Assembly (NCBI GenBank): GCA_963778655.1
Contig: CAVZVA010000003.1
Location: forward strand, 352,001 to 416,000
Source of the DNA: an uncultured delta proteobacterium
GTDB taxonomy: Bacteria > Myxococcota_A > Polyangia > Polyangiales > JAFGIB01
Direction of reading: 5' to 3'
DNA: 64,000 bases
The position numbers and the translations under genes are program-made. Below the pieces are notes generated by a model. That model had not been told where the DNA came from and did not search any database. It worked only from the letters and a program-made list of their open reading frames with translations. How positions within the stretch are numbered: the stretch's first letter is position 1; each line of letters starts with the position of its first letter. Positions 27,835 to 37,503 of the stretch are shown piece after piece.

Positions 27835-27889
27835 CGCCGCTACTGTATCGCGAACCCCTTCCCACGCCACCCGCCCCCCCCATCCCTCC

Positions 27890-27992
27890 AGCCCTACTCG
27901 CAGTCGAAGTCGCAGTCGTACCCCTGCCCCTGCCCGCACCCTTGCCCCTGCCCCCCCCTGCCCCTGCCCCCTGCCCCCTGCCCCCTGCCCGT
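27890..27992. repeat. Low-complexity 6-7 nt repeat tract
   Basis: (AGTCGC/AGTCGA)n followed by (CCCCTGC)n, intergenic. Confidence 0.7.
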
Positions 27993-28030
27993 CCTCGCCC
28001 TTCCCCCGCCGCGCCGGCCCCGCGCCGACC

Positions 28031-28846
28031 TCAGCCCCCACCGCCCTGCGCCCACGCGGGCCAGCCCGCGAGCGCAGCTTCGACCTCGCGCCAGCCGGTA
28101 TACGGCTGCGCGGCCATCGCCTCGCGCACCGCCTGCACGTGGCGCAGCAGCTCGTCAGCGGCCAGCTCGCCGCGGTGGTGCACGAAGCTCAGGAACGCGA
28201 GCAAGGTCTCGACGGTGTCGAGCTTGCAGTACTCGATCACGCGCGCGAGCTCATCGGACAGCACGTGCTCGTAGACCGAGCGCTCGAGAAAGCTCTTGCC
28301 GGGCAAGCCCAGCGTGCGCGTCCAGTTGCCCAGCCCCACGCGGCTGGAAGCGCCATAGCCGCTGAGCGCGTCCATCAGATCCAGGTGCAGGTCGTGATAG
28401 CGGCTCTGGTAGTTGTTGAAGCGAAAGTCGCCATCGCTGCGGTACAGGTTGGGCGCGACCACGCCGTGCAGCATCGCACGGTAGCGGATCACCGGCAGAT
28501 CGAAGCCCGAGCCGTTCCACGACACCAGCCGCGGCGGATGCTGCTCGTTCTTGAGCAGCGCGAAGAATGCCTCCAGGATGGCGCGCTCCTCGCCTTGCTC
28601 GGCGCCCAGCGCGCGGATCTCGACCCGCCCGCTCTTGGGCCCGAGCAGCGTCGCGCAGATCGCAACCACGCGGTGCCACGGCGCCTGCGGGTACTCGCTC
28701 TTGTTCTCGGTCTCCTCTAGCCGCCGCCGCACCATCTCGCGCACCACCTCGGCGTCGTCGCCCTCGATGCCGAGCAGCCGCCGGCCGATCTCGGGGTCGG
28801 GGATGGTCTCGATGTCGAAGGCGATGATGGGTCGGTCCAGGAGCAT
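28031..28846 (-). CDS. 3'-5' exonuclease, PolB-like (DNA_pol_B_exo2/COG3298)
   Basis: FDIETIPD, SWNGSGFDLP, HLDLMD, YCKLD (DEDDy). Confidence 0.9.
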   Translation of the reverse strand: MLLDRPIIAFDIETIPDPEIGRRLLGIEGDDAEVVREMVRRRLEETENKSEYPQAPWHRVVAICATLLGPKSGRVEIRALGAEQGEERAILEAFFALLKNEQHPPRLVSWNGSGFDLPVIRYRAMLHGVVAPNLYRSDGDFRFNNYQSRYHDLHLDLMDALSGYGASSRVGLGNWTRTLGLPGKSFLERSVYEHVLSDELARVIEYCKLDTVETLLAFLSFVHHRGELAADELLRHVQAVREAMAAQPYTGWREVEAALAGWPAWAQGGGG

Positions 28847-28888
28847 GGAGCCTCGCGCGGGGTACACGGGCATGGTAGCGCAGCAGCC

Positions 28889-29710
28889 GTGCCCGATCGA
28901 CGCGCCCATCGCGGACCGCATCCCGAGGACGCGCGGCTGTTTGCGCCGGCACAGCGGGCGGCCCTGCGCGCCGCGACCGATGAGCTGTCGTGGCTGCTCG
29001 GTCGCGGGTACACGCTCGCCTCCGGCCTGAAGCTGGTCGGCGATCGCCACGCGCTCAGCCAGCGCCAGCGCGCCGCGGTGGCGCGCTGCGCGTGTGCGCC
29101 TAGCGTCGCAGCCGCGCGTCGCGCGCGCATGCTGGAGCCGCAGCAGGCCGCCGGGCGCGAGCTGTGGATCGACGGCTTCAACGTGCTGACCACGCTCGAG
29201 GTCGCGCTCTCCGGCGGCGTGGTGCTGCGCGCGCGCGATGGCGTGCTGCGCGACATCGCCGGCGTGCACGGCAGCTACCGCAAGGTGCAGGAGACGTTGC
29301 CGGCGCTCGGGCTGCTCGGCGCGCTCACCACCGAGCTGAGGCTCGCGCGCTGCTGCTTTCTGCTCGACCGCCCGGTCTCGAACAGCGGCCGCCTGCGCGC
29401 GCTGATCCGCGAGCACGCGGCCGCGCACGGGCTGCCGTGGGACGCGCGCGTGGTGCCGAACCCCGATCGCGTGCTGGTATCGAGCGATCCCGGGCTCGAG
29501 GCCAGCTCGCTCGCGAGCCCCGACCCAGCACCGGGCGCAGCCGGCGCCGAAGCGCCGGGCGCGGCGTTCGGCGGGCGCGCGGCCGGTGCGCGGGTGGTTG
29601 CCAGCGCCGACGGTCCGGTGCTGGACCGTTGCGGACCCTGGCTCAACCTGGCCTGCATCGCGGTCGAGAGCGCCGTTGCGGACGCATTCCTGGTCGACCT
29701 CTCCAGTTAA
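28889..29710 (+). CDS. DUF434/DUF5616-like protein
   Basis: HRGPHPED, LVGDRHAL, IDGFNVL, LDRPVSNSGRL. Confidence 0.8.
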   Translation: MPDRRAHRGPHPEDARLFAPAQRAALRAATDELSWLLGRGYTLASGLKLVGDRHALSQRQRAAVARCACAPSVAAARRARMLEPQQAAGRELWIDGFNVLTTLEVALSGGVVLRARDGVLRDIAGVHGSYRKVQETLPALGLLGALTTELRLARCCFLLDRPVSNSGRLRALIREHAAAHGLPWDARVVPNPDRVLVSSDPGLEASSLASPDPAPGAAGAEAPGAAFGGRAAGARVVASADGPVLDRCGPWLNLACIAVESAVADAFLVDLSS

Positions 29711-29721
29711 AGGCGGGTTAG

Positions 29722-29850
29722 CACTACTGTTCCCAATCTCCCGTGGTTGGATTTCTGTACGCCGTGGGTTCGATCAGCAGGCGCGCACCGCCCCTGAGCG
29801 GGCCCGCGCCGTGCGGAAAGGCGGCCGCGAAGGGATTGGGAACAGGAGTG
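29722..29850. mobile_element. MITE-like IS relic with 17-bp terminal inverted repeats
   Basis: CACTACTGTTCCCAATC ... GATTGGGAACAGGAGTG (16/17 complementary); flanks TTAG/TTGG. Confidence 0.6.
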
Positions 29851-30116
29851 TTGGGGGCGGGGCGGCGCTGGCAGGCGCGGTCCCCCCGCGCGGCTCGAGC
29901 CGCCCGCCTGCGCACATGCCTGCCACGGCCTGAAAAGTCAGCGTTGCTGGCCGCCTGGGGTAATCGATTGGAGGCGCTGCCGGTGGTGTGCGCTCCCTCG
30001 CTACTTATACTCACCAATCGAGGCGCCTCATGGGTTGGGGGGCTGACATTTTGGCGGACGGATGCATGGTCCTGCATCCGTCCAATGGGCGGTGGTTTCG
30101 GGAAAAGAGGGTCAAG

Positions 30117-31520
30117 ATGGGTTTCCTAGGCAAGACAGAATCGACGTCCGGACGCTGCGCGCTCGGACTTGGGTGCGCGCTTCTGGTGATGGGTTGTGGG
30201 TCGAGCTCCAAGAACGGGAGCACGACCGGTGGAGACGGCAATCCGGCCGCGCCGGGCGGCACCAACACCACGACGATGAACGGCGCGACCGGAGGCGGCA
30301 CGGGCGGCACCGGCGCCAGCACCCTCGGCACGGGCAGCGGCAGCGGTGGCGCCAGCGGAGCGGCTGCCGGCGGCGGCGCGTCGGGCTCGGGCAGCATGGC
30401 CTCGTCGACCGGAGGCAGCGGCGGCGGCACCATGGATATGAACACCGGCGGCGGCACCGCGGGTGACAGTGGCGGCGCTGGCGGGAGCTCGTCCAGTGGG
30501 CTGGACACGAGCGGCTTCCTCACCGACTGCCAGCAGGGCGGCGCCTCGTGGGGCACGCCGCAGCAATCGGGACCCTGCATCAGCGGCGTCACGACCTATG
30601 GCGTGAAGCAGATGTTTGGGCCCTACGGCGTCCGATCCGACTACAACGTCGGCAAGGGATTCGAGACCGCCGGCACGGACGATAGCGCCTATTGCAATTC
30701 GGTCTTCATTCCTTCGTTCGGCGCCGACCCCAAGGGCAGCGCCGACCTGATGGACACCCACGATCTCGATTTCAGTCTGTACACGGTGTTCTACCCGGGC
30801 GTCATGCCCGAGGGCGAGAAGTTCCCGCTCATCACTTGGGGCAATGGCACCTGCGCCATGCCCGAAGGCTACGGGCCGCTGCTGCGATCCATCGCCTCCT
30901 ACGGCTACATCATCATCGCCGCCAATGATCGCGAGGTCAGCGACGGTACCTCGATGTCGAAGGGCATCGACTTCATGCTGTCGGAGAACGACAAGTCGGA
31001 TAGCAAGTTCTACCAGAAGATCGACACCGACCACATCGGCGCCATGGGCCACTCCCAAGGCGGTGGGGCCACCATCATGGTTGCCTCCAATGATTCGCGC
31101 GTCTCCGCGGTGATCATCTGGAACGCCGGAGCGCCTGCCTCGAAGCCGTTCCTGGCGGTGTCGGGCGATATGGACCTGGGCGCGGGCACCGATCCCTCGT
31201 CACTCAAGAACTCGGTGACGGCGGCGCAACAACCCGGAGCATGGATCTGGTATCACCAGGTCCCCCAGGCGGTGAACGGCTCGACCACGGGTCCGCTGGC
31301 TCCCGGCCACCTGACGCTGATGATGGAATCCGAGCGCGTCATCGAGCCGGCACTCGCCTGGTGGGACATGATGCTCAAGGGCAAAGCAGACGCCAAGAGC
31401 ATGTTCGTCGGTGACAACTGTACGCTGTGTGACACCAGCACGTATCCGAGCATGTGGCCGCCCTTCGTCGGGCTCGATAGCCCGGCGCACGAGTACGGCG
31501 CCAACGCGATGCTCAAGTAG
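30117..31520 (+). CDS. Lipoprotein alpha/beta hydrolase (chlorophyllase/cutinase-like)
   Basis: VMGC lipobox, Gly/Ser linker, WGNGT, GHSQGG nucleophile elbow, GDMD, PGHL. Confidence 0.85.
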   Translation: MGFLGKTESTSGRCALGLGCALLVMGCGSSSKNGSTTGGDGNPAAPGGTNTTTMNGATGGGTGGTGASTLGTGSGSGGASGAAAGGGASGSGSMASSTGGSGGGTMDMNTGGGTAGDSGGAGGSSSSGLDTSGFLTDCQQGGASWGTPQQSGPCISGVTTYGVKQMFGPYGVRSDYNVGKGFETAGTDDSAYCNSVFIPSFGADPKGSADLMDTHDLDFSLYTVFYPGVMPEGEKFPLITWGNGTCAMPEGYGPLLRSIASYGYIIIAANDREVSDGTSMSKGIDFMLSENDKSDSKFYQKIDTDHIGAMGHSQGGGATIMVASNDSRVSAVIIWNAGAPASKPFLAVSGDMDLGAGTDPSSLKNSVTAAQQPGAWIWYHQVPQAVNGSTTGPLAPGHLTLMMESERVIEPALAWWDMMLKGKADAKSMFVGDNCTLCDTSTYPSMWPPFVGLDSPAHEYGANAMLK

Positions 31521-31709
31521 CCGCCGCACAGCGCCAGGCCGAGCGGTCGTGAAGGCCGCTCGGCCGCGCACGTGTTTTTCCAGGGGACACGCGCAGGCCG
31601 GCGAGCGCAGCGCGCGCAAGCACGAATGGAAGCGCGTGCCCGTACCCGTTGATTGCGGCGATCAGATTCGGTACAGAGGCCCGCAGCGGCTCAGTCGAGA
31701 GGATTCGTG

Positions 31710-33023
31710 ATGAATAGGCAAGTTGTGTCGTTCGCGTTGCTCCTGGTTCTGGCCGCGAGCGGGTGCTCGAAGACCAACAGTGGCAACAACGCCGCGGGCG
31801 GCAGCGGCAACAGCGGCGGAAGCAGCAGCGACGCCGGAGGCAGTAGCGATCAGTTCTCGTGCGTCAACAAGGGCGACATCAACTTCGACTGTCCCTTTAA
31901 CCTGCCCCCGCTCACGGGCAGCTGCGCGCCCCACGGCGACTGTTGCTACCGCGCTTCGAACAGCGAGAAGCTCGCGGCGCTCGGGCCCGACGATCCGGCC
32001 GTGTTCGAGTACCGCCTGAACTTCGTCGACATCATCAACCATCCGATGAGCATCGGCCTGCCCGATCTGGTGAGAAGCGCCGCCCAGCGCGCAGACGTTT
32101 GCGCCGGCGAGCAGTGCCTGCTGTGGCGCTTCACGGCGCCGCGCAAGGACGGCCAGCTCGTTGCCGGCCCGGGCGAGGTCGAGATCGGCGTGGGCGCGTA
32201 CAACTGCGACGGCACCTACAGCTTCTACGGTCCCAAGGCTGCGCCCGACCGCACCAAGGACGTGGGCGAGAGCGATCCGGGCCGCTGGCAATCGGTCAAG
32301 GTGCCGGCCGACGTCGATCCCAGCAAGGACGGCATCGACCGCTACCACATCCCGTGGGCCACCAACAAGAACCGCGAGATCGCACGCAGCATCTTCATCT
32401 GGCCGGCCGACTACACCATCGACTGGGAGCTGGCGAGCTCGGGCTTCACGATCACGAACTTCGACACCAGCGAGGCCGGTCAGGACTGCATGGGCGCGCG
32501 CGACACGTTCAAGTGGAGCACGGTCGACGGCTTCGTCGCGTACTCGCCGCTCAAGGGCAACGAGACGGACATCAGCAATCAGACCAACCAAACCTATTGC
32601 TCGCTGCTCGCGTTCGGTCTGTTGCCCGAGGGCAAGAAGGACAAGGATTGCATCACTACCGCGCGCTGCATGCCGGATGGCGGCGTATTCGGCGACGGCG
32701 GCTGCGACTGGGTCAAGCTGCCAGACTCGCTGTGCCCGGAGACCGCGGGCGAGCGCGCGATCTTCGGCTGCCACCTCGGTGCCGAGGGCAACGTGAACAA
32801 TGAAGACGGCTATCCCGCGATGCTCAAGTGCTCGCAGGACAAGCCGACCACCCCGCTCGATCCCGACAAGGGGGCGACCAGCGAAGGCCAGTGCTGTGAT
32901 CCGCTCGGCAAGTCCACGACCCTGCCCGCGTGCAACGCCTACCGCACGGTCGGCAAGTTCGTGGCGGCCGCCGCCGAGATTACCGACGACCCGATCAACA
33001 CCCTTCCCAAACATTGCATGTGA
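31710..33023 (+). CDS. Cys-rich lipoprotein of unknown function
   Basis: ASGC lipobox, GAGGA RBS, strong GC3 bias. Confidence 0.8.
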   Translation: MNRQVVSFALLLVLAASGCSKTNSGNNAAGGSGNSGGSSSDAGGSSDQFSCVNKGDINFDCPFNLPPLTGSCAPHGDCCYRASNSEKLAALGPDDPAVFEYRLNFVDIINHPMSIGLPDLVRSAAQRADVCAGEQCLLWRFTAPRKDGQLVAGPGEVEIGVGAYNCDGTYSFYGPKAAPDRTKDVGESDPGRWQSVKVPADVDPSKDGIDRYHIPWATNKNREIARSIFIWPADYTIDWELASSGFTITNFDTSEAGQDCMGARDTFKWSTVDGFVAYSPLKGNETDISNQTNQTYCSLLAFGLLPEGKKDKDCITTARCMPDGGVFGDGGCDWVKLPDSLCPETAGERAIFGCHLGAEGNVNNEDGYPAMLKCSQDKPTTPLDPDKGATSEGQCCDPLGKSTTLPACNAYRTVGKFVAAAAEITDDPINTLPKHCM

Positions 33024-33120
33024 GCGATAGTCGCTGCTGCCCGCGGCCGAAAGTCCGAGGCGCCGTTCTTCCGCGGTGCGGTTGATAATAGGCTCGCGCC
33101 GCCCTTCCCTCCGAGCGCCG

Positions 33121-34938
33121 ATGACTTCCCCCCGCCACCTCGTCATCCTGGCCGTCGTCCTGCTCGCCGGTCTGCCGGAAATCGCGCACGCTGGCGGCAC
33201 GGAGTTTCCCGCGGACGGAACGCGCGGCCTGGGGCGGGGCGGTGCGCGTGCGGCGCGCGCCGACGATCCTACGATCATGACGCGCAACCCGGCGGGGCTC
33301 GCGCTGTTGTGGGACGACCAAGCGATCATGGGCGCGCACTTCCTGCTGGCGGACGCGTGCATGCAACCCACCGGCGCGTACGGCTGGGGCATCCGCGGCG
33401 ACAGCGCGCTCAACCTCGGCCAGGGGCCGGTGTATCCGCTCGCCGCGAAAGGCGACAAGTACCTCAACGGTCGCCCGCTCGTCGGATTCGCCGACGAGCC
33501 CTACGCCAAGGTCTGTTACCGGGGCGGCGCGCAGTTTCTGCCGACCGTCGCGCTCGGCATGAAGCTCTCCGATGACCTTGGCGTGGGCCTGGGCTTCTTT
33601 CCGCCCGACGTGGCCACGACCCGGCAGTGGGGCAACCGCGACGGGACCGTCGACACGCAAAGCGGCAAGCGTCCGAACCCACTGCGCTACTACGGCTCGC
33701 ATCAGAACGTCAGCTACTTCAGCGTGCTCGCTGCTGCGGGCTACCGGCTCGCGCCGTGGATCTCGGTCGGCGCCGGCTTGCAGTGGATGATGGTGATCTA
33801 CGAGGCCACCACGTGGACGACGCCGATCTCGGCGCTCGATCCCGAGAGCGACGTGCGCGGCGATCTGTTCGGCCGCGACCTGTTCGTGCCAGGCGTGATC
33901 GCGTCGGTGCAGCTGAAGCCCATCGACGCGCTGGACGTGGTGCTCGGCTTCAAGTGGTCCGATCGCGTGAAGTCCAACGTGAAGCTCGACATCACCACGG
34001 GCGCCCTCGGCACCGGCGAGGTATTCCAGTATCGCGACGCGTCCGGCCAGGTGCAGACCGTGGGCAGCTCGATCCCGACCACCACGCCGAACCAGCCGGG
34101 CCGGCTGGACTCGCCGCCGATCTGGGCGCCGCAGCTCACGCTCGCCTTGCGCTACGCCGACCGGCTGGTGCCGCGTCCCAAGGACCTGAAGGCCGCCCAC
34201 GAGGCCGCCGGCCGGACCGTCGAAGATCACATGCAGACGGAACGCTGGGACGTGGAGGTCGACGCCGTCTACTACTTCACGTCGGTCGACGACAAACAGG
34301 AGTACGTCACGCGCGACGCGCAGCTGACGCTGCGCAACATCGACCAGAACGGCATCATCAGCTCGCTTCCGGCCTCGCCCGGCGACTGCCTGAAGCGGGA
34401 CCCCAAGACGAACAACTGCGTGGGGGACCGCGTGGTGAGGACCGAGCTCGGCGGCAAGAATCAATTCACGGTGCGAGCGGGCGGCGATTACAACGTCCTG
34501 CCGGGCCTGCTCGCGCTGCGCGCCGGTGTGTCGTACGAGGCCCGCGGGCAGGACCCGGCGCTGCTCAACGTGATGAGCTACATGCTGAGCCGCACCGGAT
34601 TGCACCTGGGCTTCACCGTGCGCGTCGCCACCAAGACCGACATTTCCTTCGGCTACGCGCACTTCTTCCAGGAGAATGTCGAGCTGCAGGTGAACAACAG
34701 TCAGACCGTCAGCGCGTACCCGCCGCGCTACCGGTCGGCCAAGTACAACTTCCGGCCGGGCGCGGGCGTGCCGGACGCGATGGGCAACGGCGCGTCGATG
34801 GGCGGCTTCGACGGCGTCGCGGGCGTCGAGGTTCCCAACGGCGAGCCGGGCTACGAGATAGGCCCGTACTTCGTGAACGCCGGCAGCTACTACTACCATC
34901 TCGACGTGGTGTCCCTGTCCTTCGCCCAGCACTTCTGA
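33121..34938 (+). CDS. FadL/OmpP1-like outer membrane beta-barrel
   Basis: Signal peptide, GRGGA..ARADDP....NPAGL, C-terminal Phe. Confidence 0.85.
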   Translation: MTSPRHLVILAVVLLAGLPEIAHAGGTEFPADGTRGLGRGGARAARADDPTIMTRNPAGLALLWDDQAIMGAHFLLADACMQPTGAYGWGIRGDSALNLGQGPVYPLAAKGDKYLNGRPLVGFADEPYAKVCYRGGAQFLPTVALGMKLSDDLGVGLGFFPPDVATTRQWGNRDGTVDTQSGKRPNPLRYYGSHQNVSYFSVLAAAGYRLAPWISVGAGLQWMMVIYEATTWTTPISALDPESDVRGDLFGRDLFVPGVIASVQLKPIDALDVVLGFKWSDRVKSNVKLDITTGALGTGEVFQYRDASGQVQTVGSSIPTTTPNQPGRLDSPPIWAPQLTLALRYADRLVPRPKDLKAAHEAAGRTVEDHMQTERWDVEVDAVYYFTSVDDKQEYVTRDAQLTLRNIDQNGIISSLPASPGDCLKRDPKTNNCVGDRVVRTELGGKNQFTVRAGGDYNVLPGLLALRAGVSYEARGQDPALLNVMSYMLSRTGLHLGFTVRVATKTDISFGYAHFFQENVELQVNNSQTVSAYPPRYRSAKYNFRPGAGVPDAMGNGASMGGFDGVAGVEVPNGEPGYEIGPYFVNAGSYYYHLDVVSLSFAQHF

Positions 34939-35079
34939 GCCCGGCACGTTTGCGCAGGCAATGGCGAGGGGTGGCCAAGACGGGCCGCTCGGCCCGCCCC
35001 CTTGCGGCCAGGCCGAGCCTCCCCAATCATGCGCGGATGTCGCCGGCCGGGATCCCACAGGGCGGCGGGAGAGGTACCC

Positions 35080-37389
35080 ATGCTTGACTTACCTCGCGCC
35101 CCTCGCGTCTTCGTGTACGGCATTCTGGGCGCGCTGGCCGCGTGCTCCGGGGGCGCGGGTGGTGCGGGCGATGCGGGCGCCAAGCCGCAACGGGACGCGG
35201 CCGCGCCGCCCGATGCCGGGCCCGCCGAAGCGAGCACCCCCGACGCCGCTGCGGGCAGCCGCGAGCACGACGCAGGCGCCCGCGACGCCGGGCGCGTCGA
35301 CGCCGGCATCCCCGATGCGGCTCCGGCCGACGCCGCGCCCGCGGACGCCGGCCCGATGGACGCAGCGCCGCCGCCGCGCACGCACGGGCTGCAGGCCCGC
35401 ATCGAGAACGCCACTTGCTTCGTCGACGGAACCCCACCGCTGGACGTGGTGCCCGTAGCCAACACGCCCGCCTACGCGGCCCTCACGGCGAGCGGTGCGG
35501 TCGCCCTGGTGTCCGCCCCCGACGGCAAGCTGGCGCTGGTCGAGAGCGGCGGGCTGGTGCGGACGTTCGCCGCCGACGGCGACGGCAGCGACGCCGCCAC
35601 CGCGCTCGACCTGCGCACGGGGGTGCGCGCGGGCGGGCTGCGCGGTGCCGCCTTCCGGCCCGACGGCAGCGTCCTGGTCGCGAGCTTTCTGCCGGCCGAC
35701 GATCCGCTGCGGCTGGTGGTGGCGCGCTTCGACCTGGATGCTGGCGGCAGCGCGGTTCCGCGCTCCGAGCAGGACCTGCTGACGCTGCCGCTGAGCGACG
35801 CCACCCGCGCCGGCGGCGCGCTCTCGTTTCTGTTCGACGGCACCCTGGTGGTCGCCTTCGGCGACGGCGGCACGGCGGCCGACGCGACCGATCCCGGCAC
35901 GCTGGCAGGCAAGGTGGCGCGCATCGACGTGGGCGCCGCCAGCAGCTACGCGGTGCCCGTGGACAACCCATTCGCGAGCAGCTCCACCACCCTGCCCGAG
36001 ATCTACGCGCTCGGCCTGGGCGCACCGAGCTCGTGCAGCGTCGATCGCGTCAACGGACGGCTGTGGTGTGCGGACTCCGGCGACGCGACCCACGACCACA
36101 TCCTGTTGGTGACGCCCGGCGCCACCCTTAGCCCCATCCTGTCATACACCCGCGGCAGCGGCGACTGTGGCGCCGTGCTCGGCTTCGTGTCGCGCGAGGC
36201 CAAGCTGCCCGACATCGAGGGTGTGCTGGTGTTCGGCGACGCGTGCTCGCCGGCACTGCAGGGCATGCGCTTCGACGGCTCGTTGGTGCGCTCGCAGGCC
36301 GAGGTGAGCACACTGCCGGCTGCGCTGTCTGGCTTCGGGCAGGACGCGGACGGGCGCATCTTGGCCGTCGACAGCGCCGGCGCGATCCACGCGCTGGTGC
36401 GACCCACCACGGCCGTGCCGAGCTTTCCCACCAGCGTGAGCGCGACCGGCTGCCTGGCCGACATGGCCACCCGCATGCCCGCCGCCTCGCTGATCCCGTT
36501 CGAGGTGCGCACGCCGCTGTGGTCGGACGGCGCCACCAAGCGCCGCTTTCTGATCCTACCGGGCAGCGAGACCGTCGGCTTCACCACCGAGGGCGCCTGG
36601 CAGCTGCCGGTGGGCGCCATGCTGATGAAGGAGTTCCTGCTCGACGACGATGACGACCCCAGCACGCCCGACCGCATCATGGAGACGCGCTTCCTGATCA
36701 AGCGCAGCGACACCGGCTGGGAGGGCTACAGTTACATGTGGGACCCCGCGCGCAAGGACGGGTTCTTGCTCGACGGCGCGGAGATCGGCCGCTTCCCGAT
36801 GCAGCCGGGCGCGCTCGACCCGAGCGGGGCCAGCGTGCACCGCCACACCTTCCCCGACCGCGCGCAGTGCCTGCTGTGCCACAACGCCGCGGCCGGGCGC
36901 ACGCTGGGGCTGCAGACCGGGCGCATGAACACCGACCACGACTACGATGGTTTCGTCGAGAACCAGCTCGCGGCCATGGACCATATCGGGCTGTTCGGCG
37001 ACCCGCTGCCGGCCGCGCCTGACGACCTGCCGCGCTTTGCCCAGCCCAGAGATACCAGCGCGCCGCTGGAGGCGCGGGCGCGCTCGTGGCTGTATGCCAA
37101 CTGCTCGCACTGCCACCGGCCCGGCGGGCCCACGCCGGTGCCGCTCGACTTCCGCTACGAGACCGCGCTCGCCGACACCCACGCCTGCGGCGTGACCCCG
37201 CAGTTCGCGATTGGACAGATCCCCAACGCCGAGATCATCTTCCCTGGCAGCTCGGCCCAGAGCGAGCTGTTCTTCCGGCTCTCGCGCCGCGACGCCAACC
37301 AGATGCCCCCGGTGGCCACGCTGATCGTGGACCCGAGCGGGCTCGACGTGGTGCAACAGTGGATCGACGGGTTGGGGGCGTGCCCGTAG
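35080..37389 (+). CDS. PQQ-type glucose/sorbosone dehydrogenase propeller fused to diheme cytochrome c
   Basis: LAAC lipobox, FGDGG, VPVDNPF, EIYALG; PLWSDGATKRRF; CLLCH and CSHCH; QMPP. Confidence 0.85.
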   Translation: MLDLPRAPRVFVYGILGALAACSGGAGGAGDAGAKPQRDAAAPPDAGPAEASTPDAAAGSREHDAGARDAGRVDAGIPDAAPADAAPADAGPMDAAPPPRTHGLQARIENATCFVDGTPPLDVVPVANTPAYAALTASGAVALVSAPDGKLALVESGGLVRTFAADGDGSDAATALDLRTGVRAGGLRGAAFRPDGSVLVASFLPADDPLRLVVARFDLDAGGSAVPRSEQDLLTLPLSDATRAGGALSFLFDGTLVVAFGDGGTAADATDPGTLAGKVARIDVGAASSYAVPVDNPFASSSTTLPEIYALGLGAPSSCSVDRVNGRLWCADSGDATHDHILLVTPGATLSPILSYTRGSGDCGAVLGFVSREAKLPDIEGVLVFGDACSPALQGMRFDGSLVRSQAEVSTLPAALSGFGQDADGRILAVDSAGAIHALVRPTTAVPSFPTSVSATGCLADMATRMPAASLIPFEVRTPLWSDGATKRRFLILPGSETVGFTTEGAWQLPVGAMLMKEFLLDDDDDPSTPDRIMETRFLIKRSDTGWEGYSYMWDPARKDGFLLDGAEIGRFPMQPGALDPSGASVHRHTFPDRAQCLLCHNAAAGRTLGLQTGRMNTDHDYDGFVENQLAAMDHIGLFGDPLPAAPDDLPRFAQPRDTSAPLEARARSWLYANCSHCHRPGGPTPVPLDFRYETALADTHACGVTPQFAIGQIPNAEIIFPGSSAQSELFFRLSRRDANQMPPVATLIVDPSGLDVVQQWIDGLGACP

Positions 37390-37503
37390 GGGCGGGGGCG
37401 AGCACGAGCGCGACTACGAGCGCGAGCGTGGAGCGAGACAGCGGTTAAATGCGCGCGCCCCCGAGCCGGCGGGCGGATCGGGGGCGCACGCGGGTAGTTG
37501 CGA

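Noticed and set aside
27890..27992. Functional ORF or G-quadruplex switch in the C-rich tract
   Set aside because: Simple low-complexity intergenic repeat; no supporting evidence beyond composition
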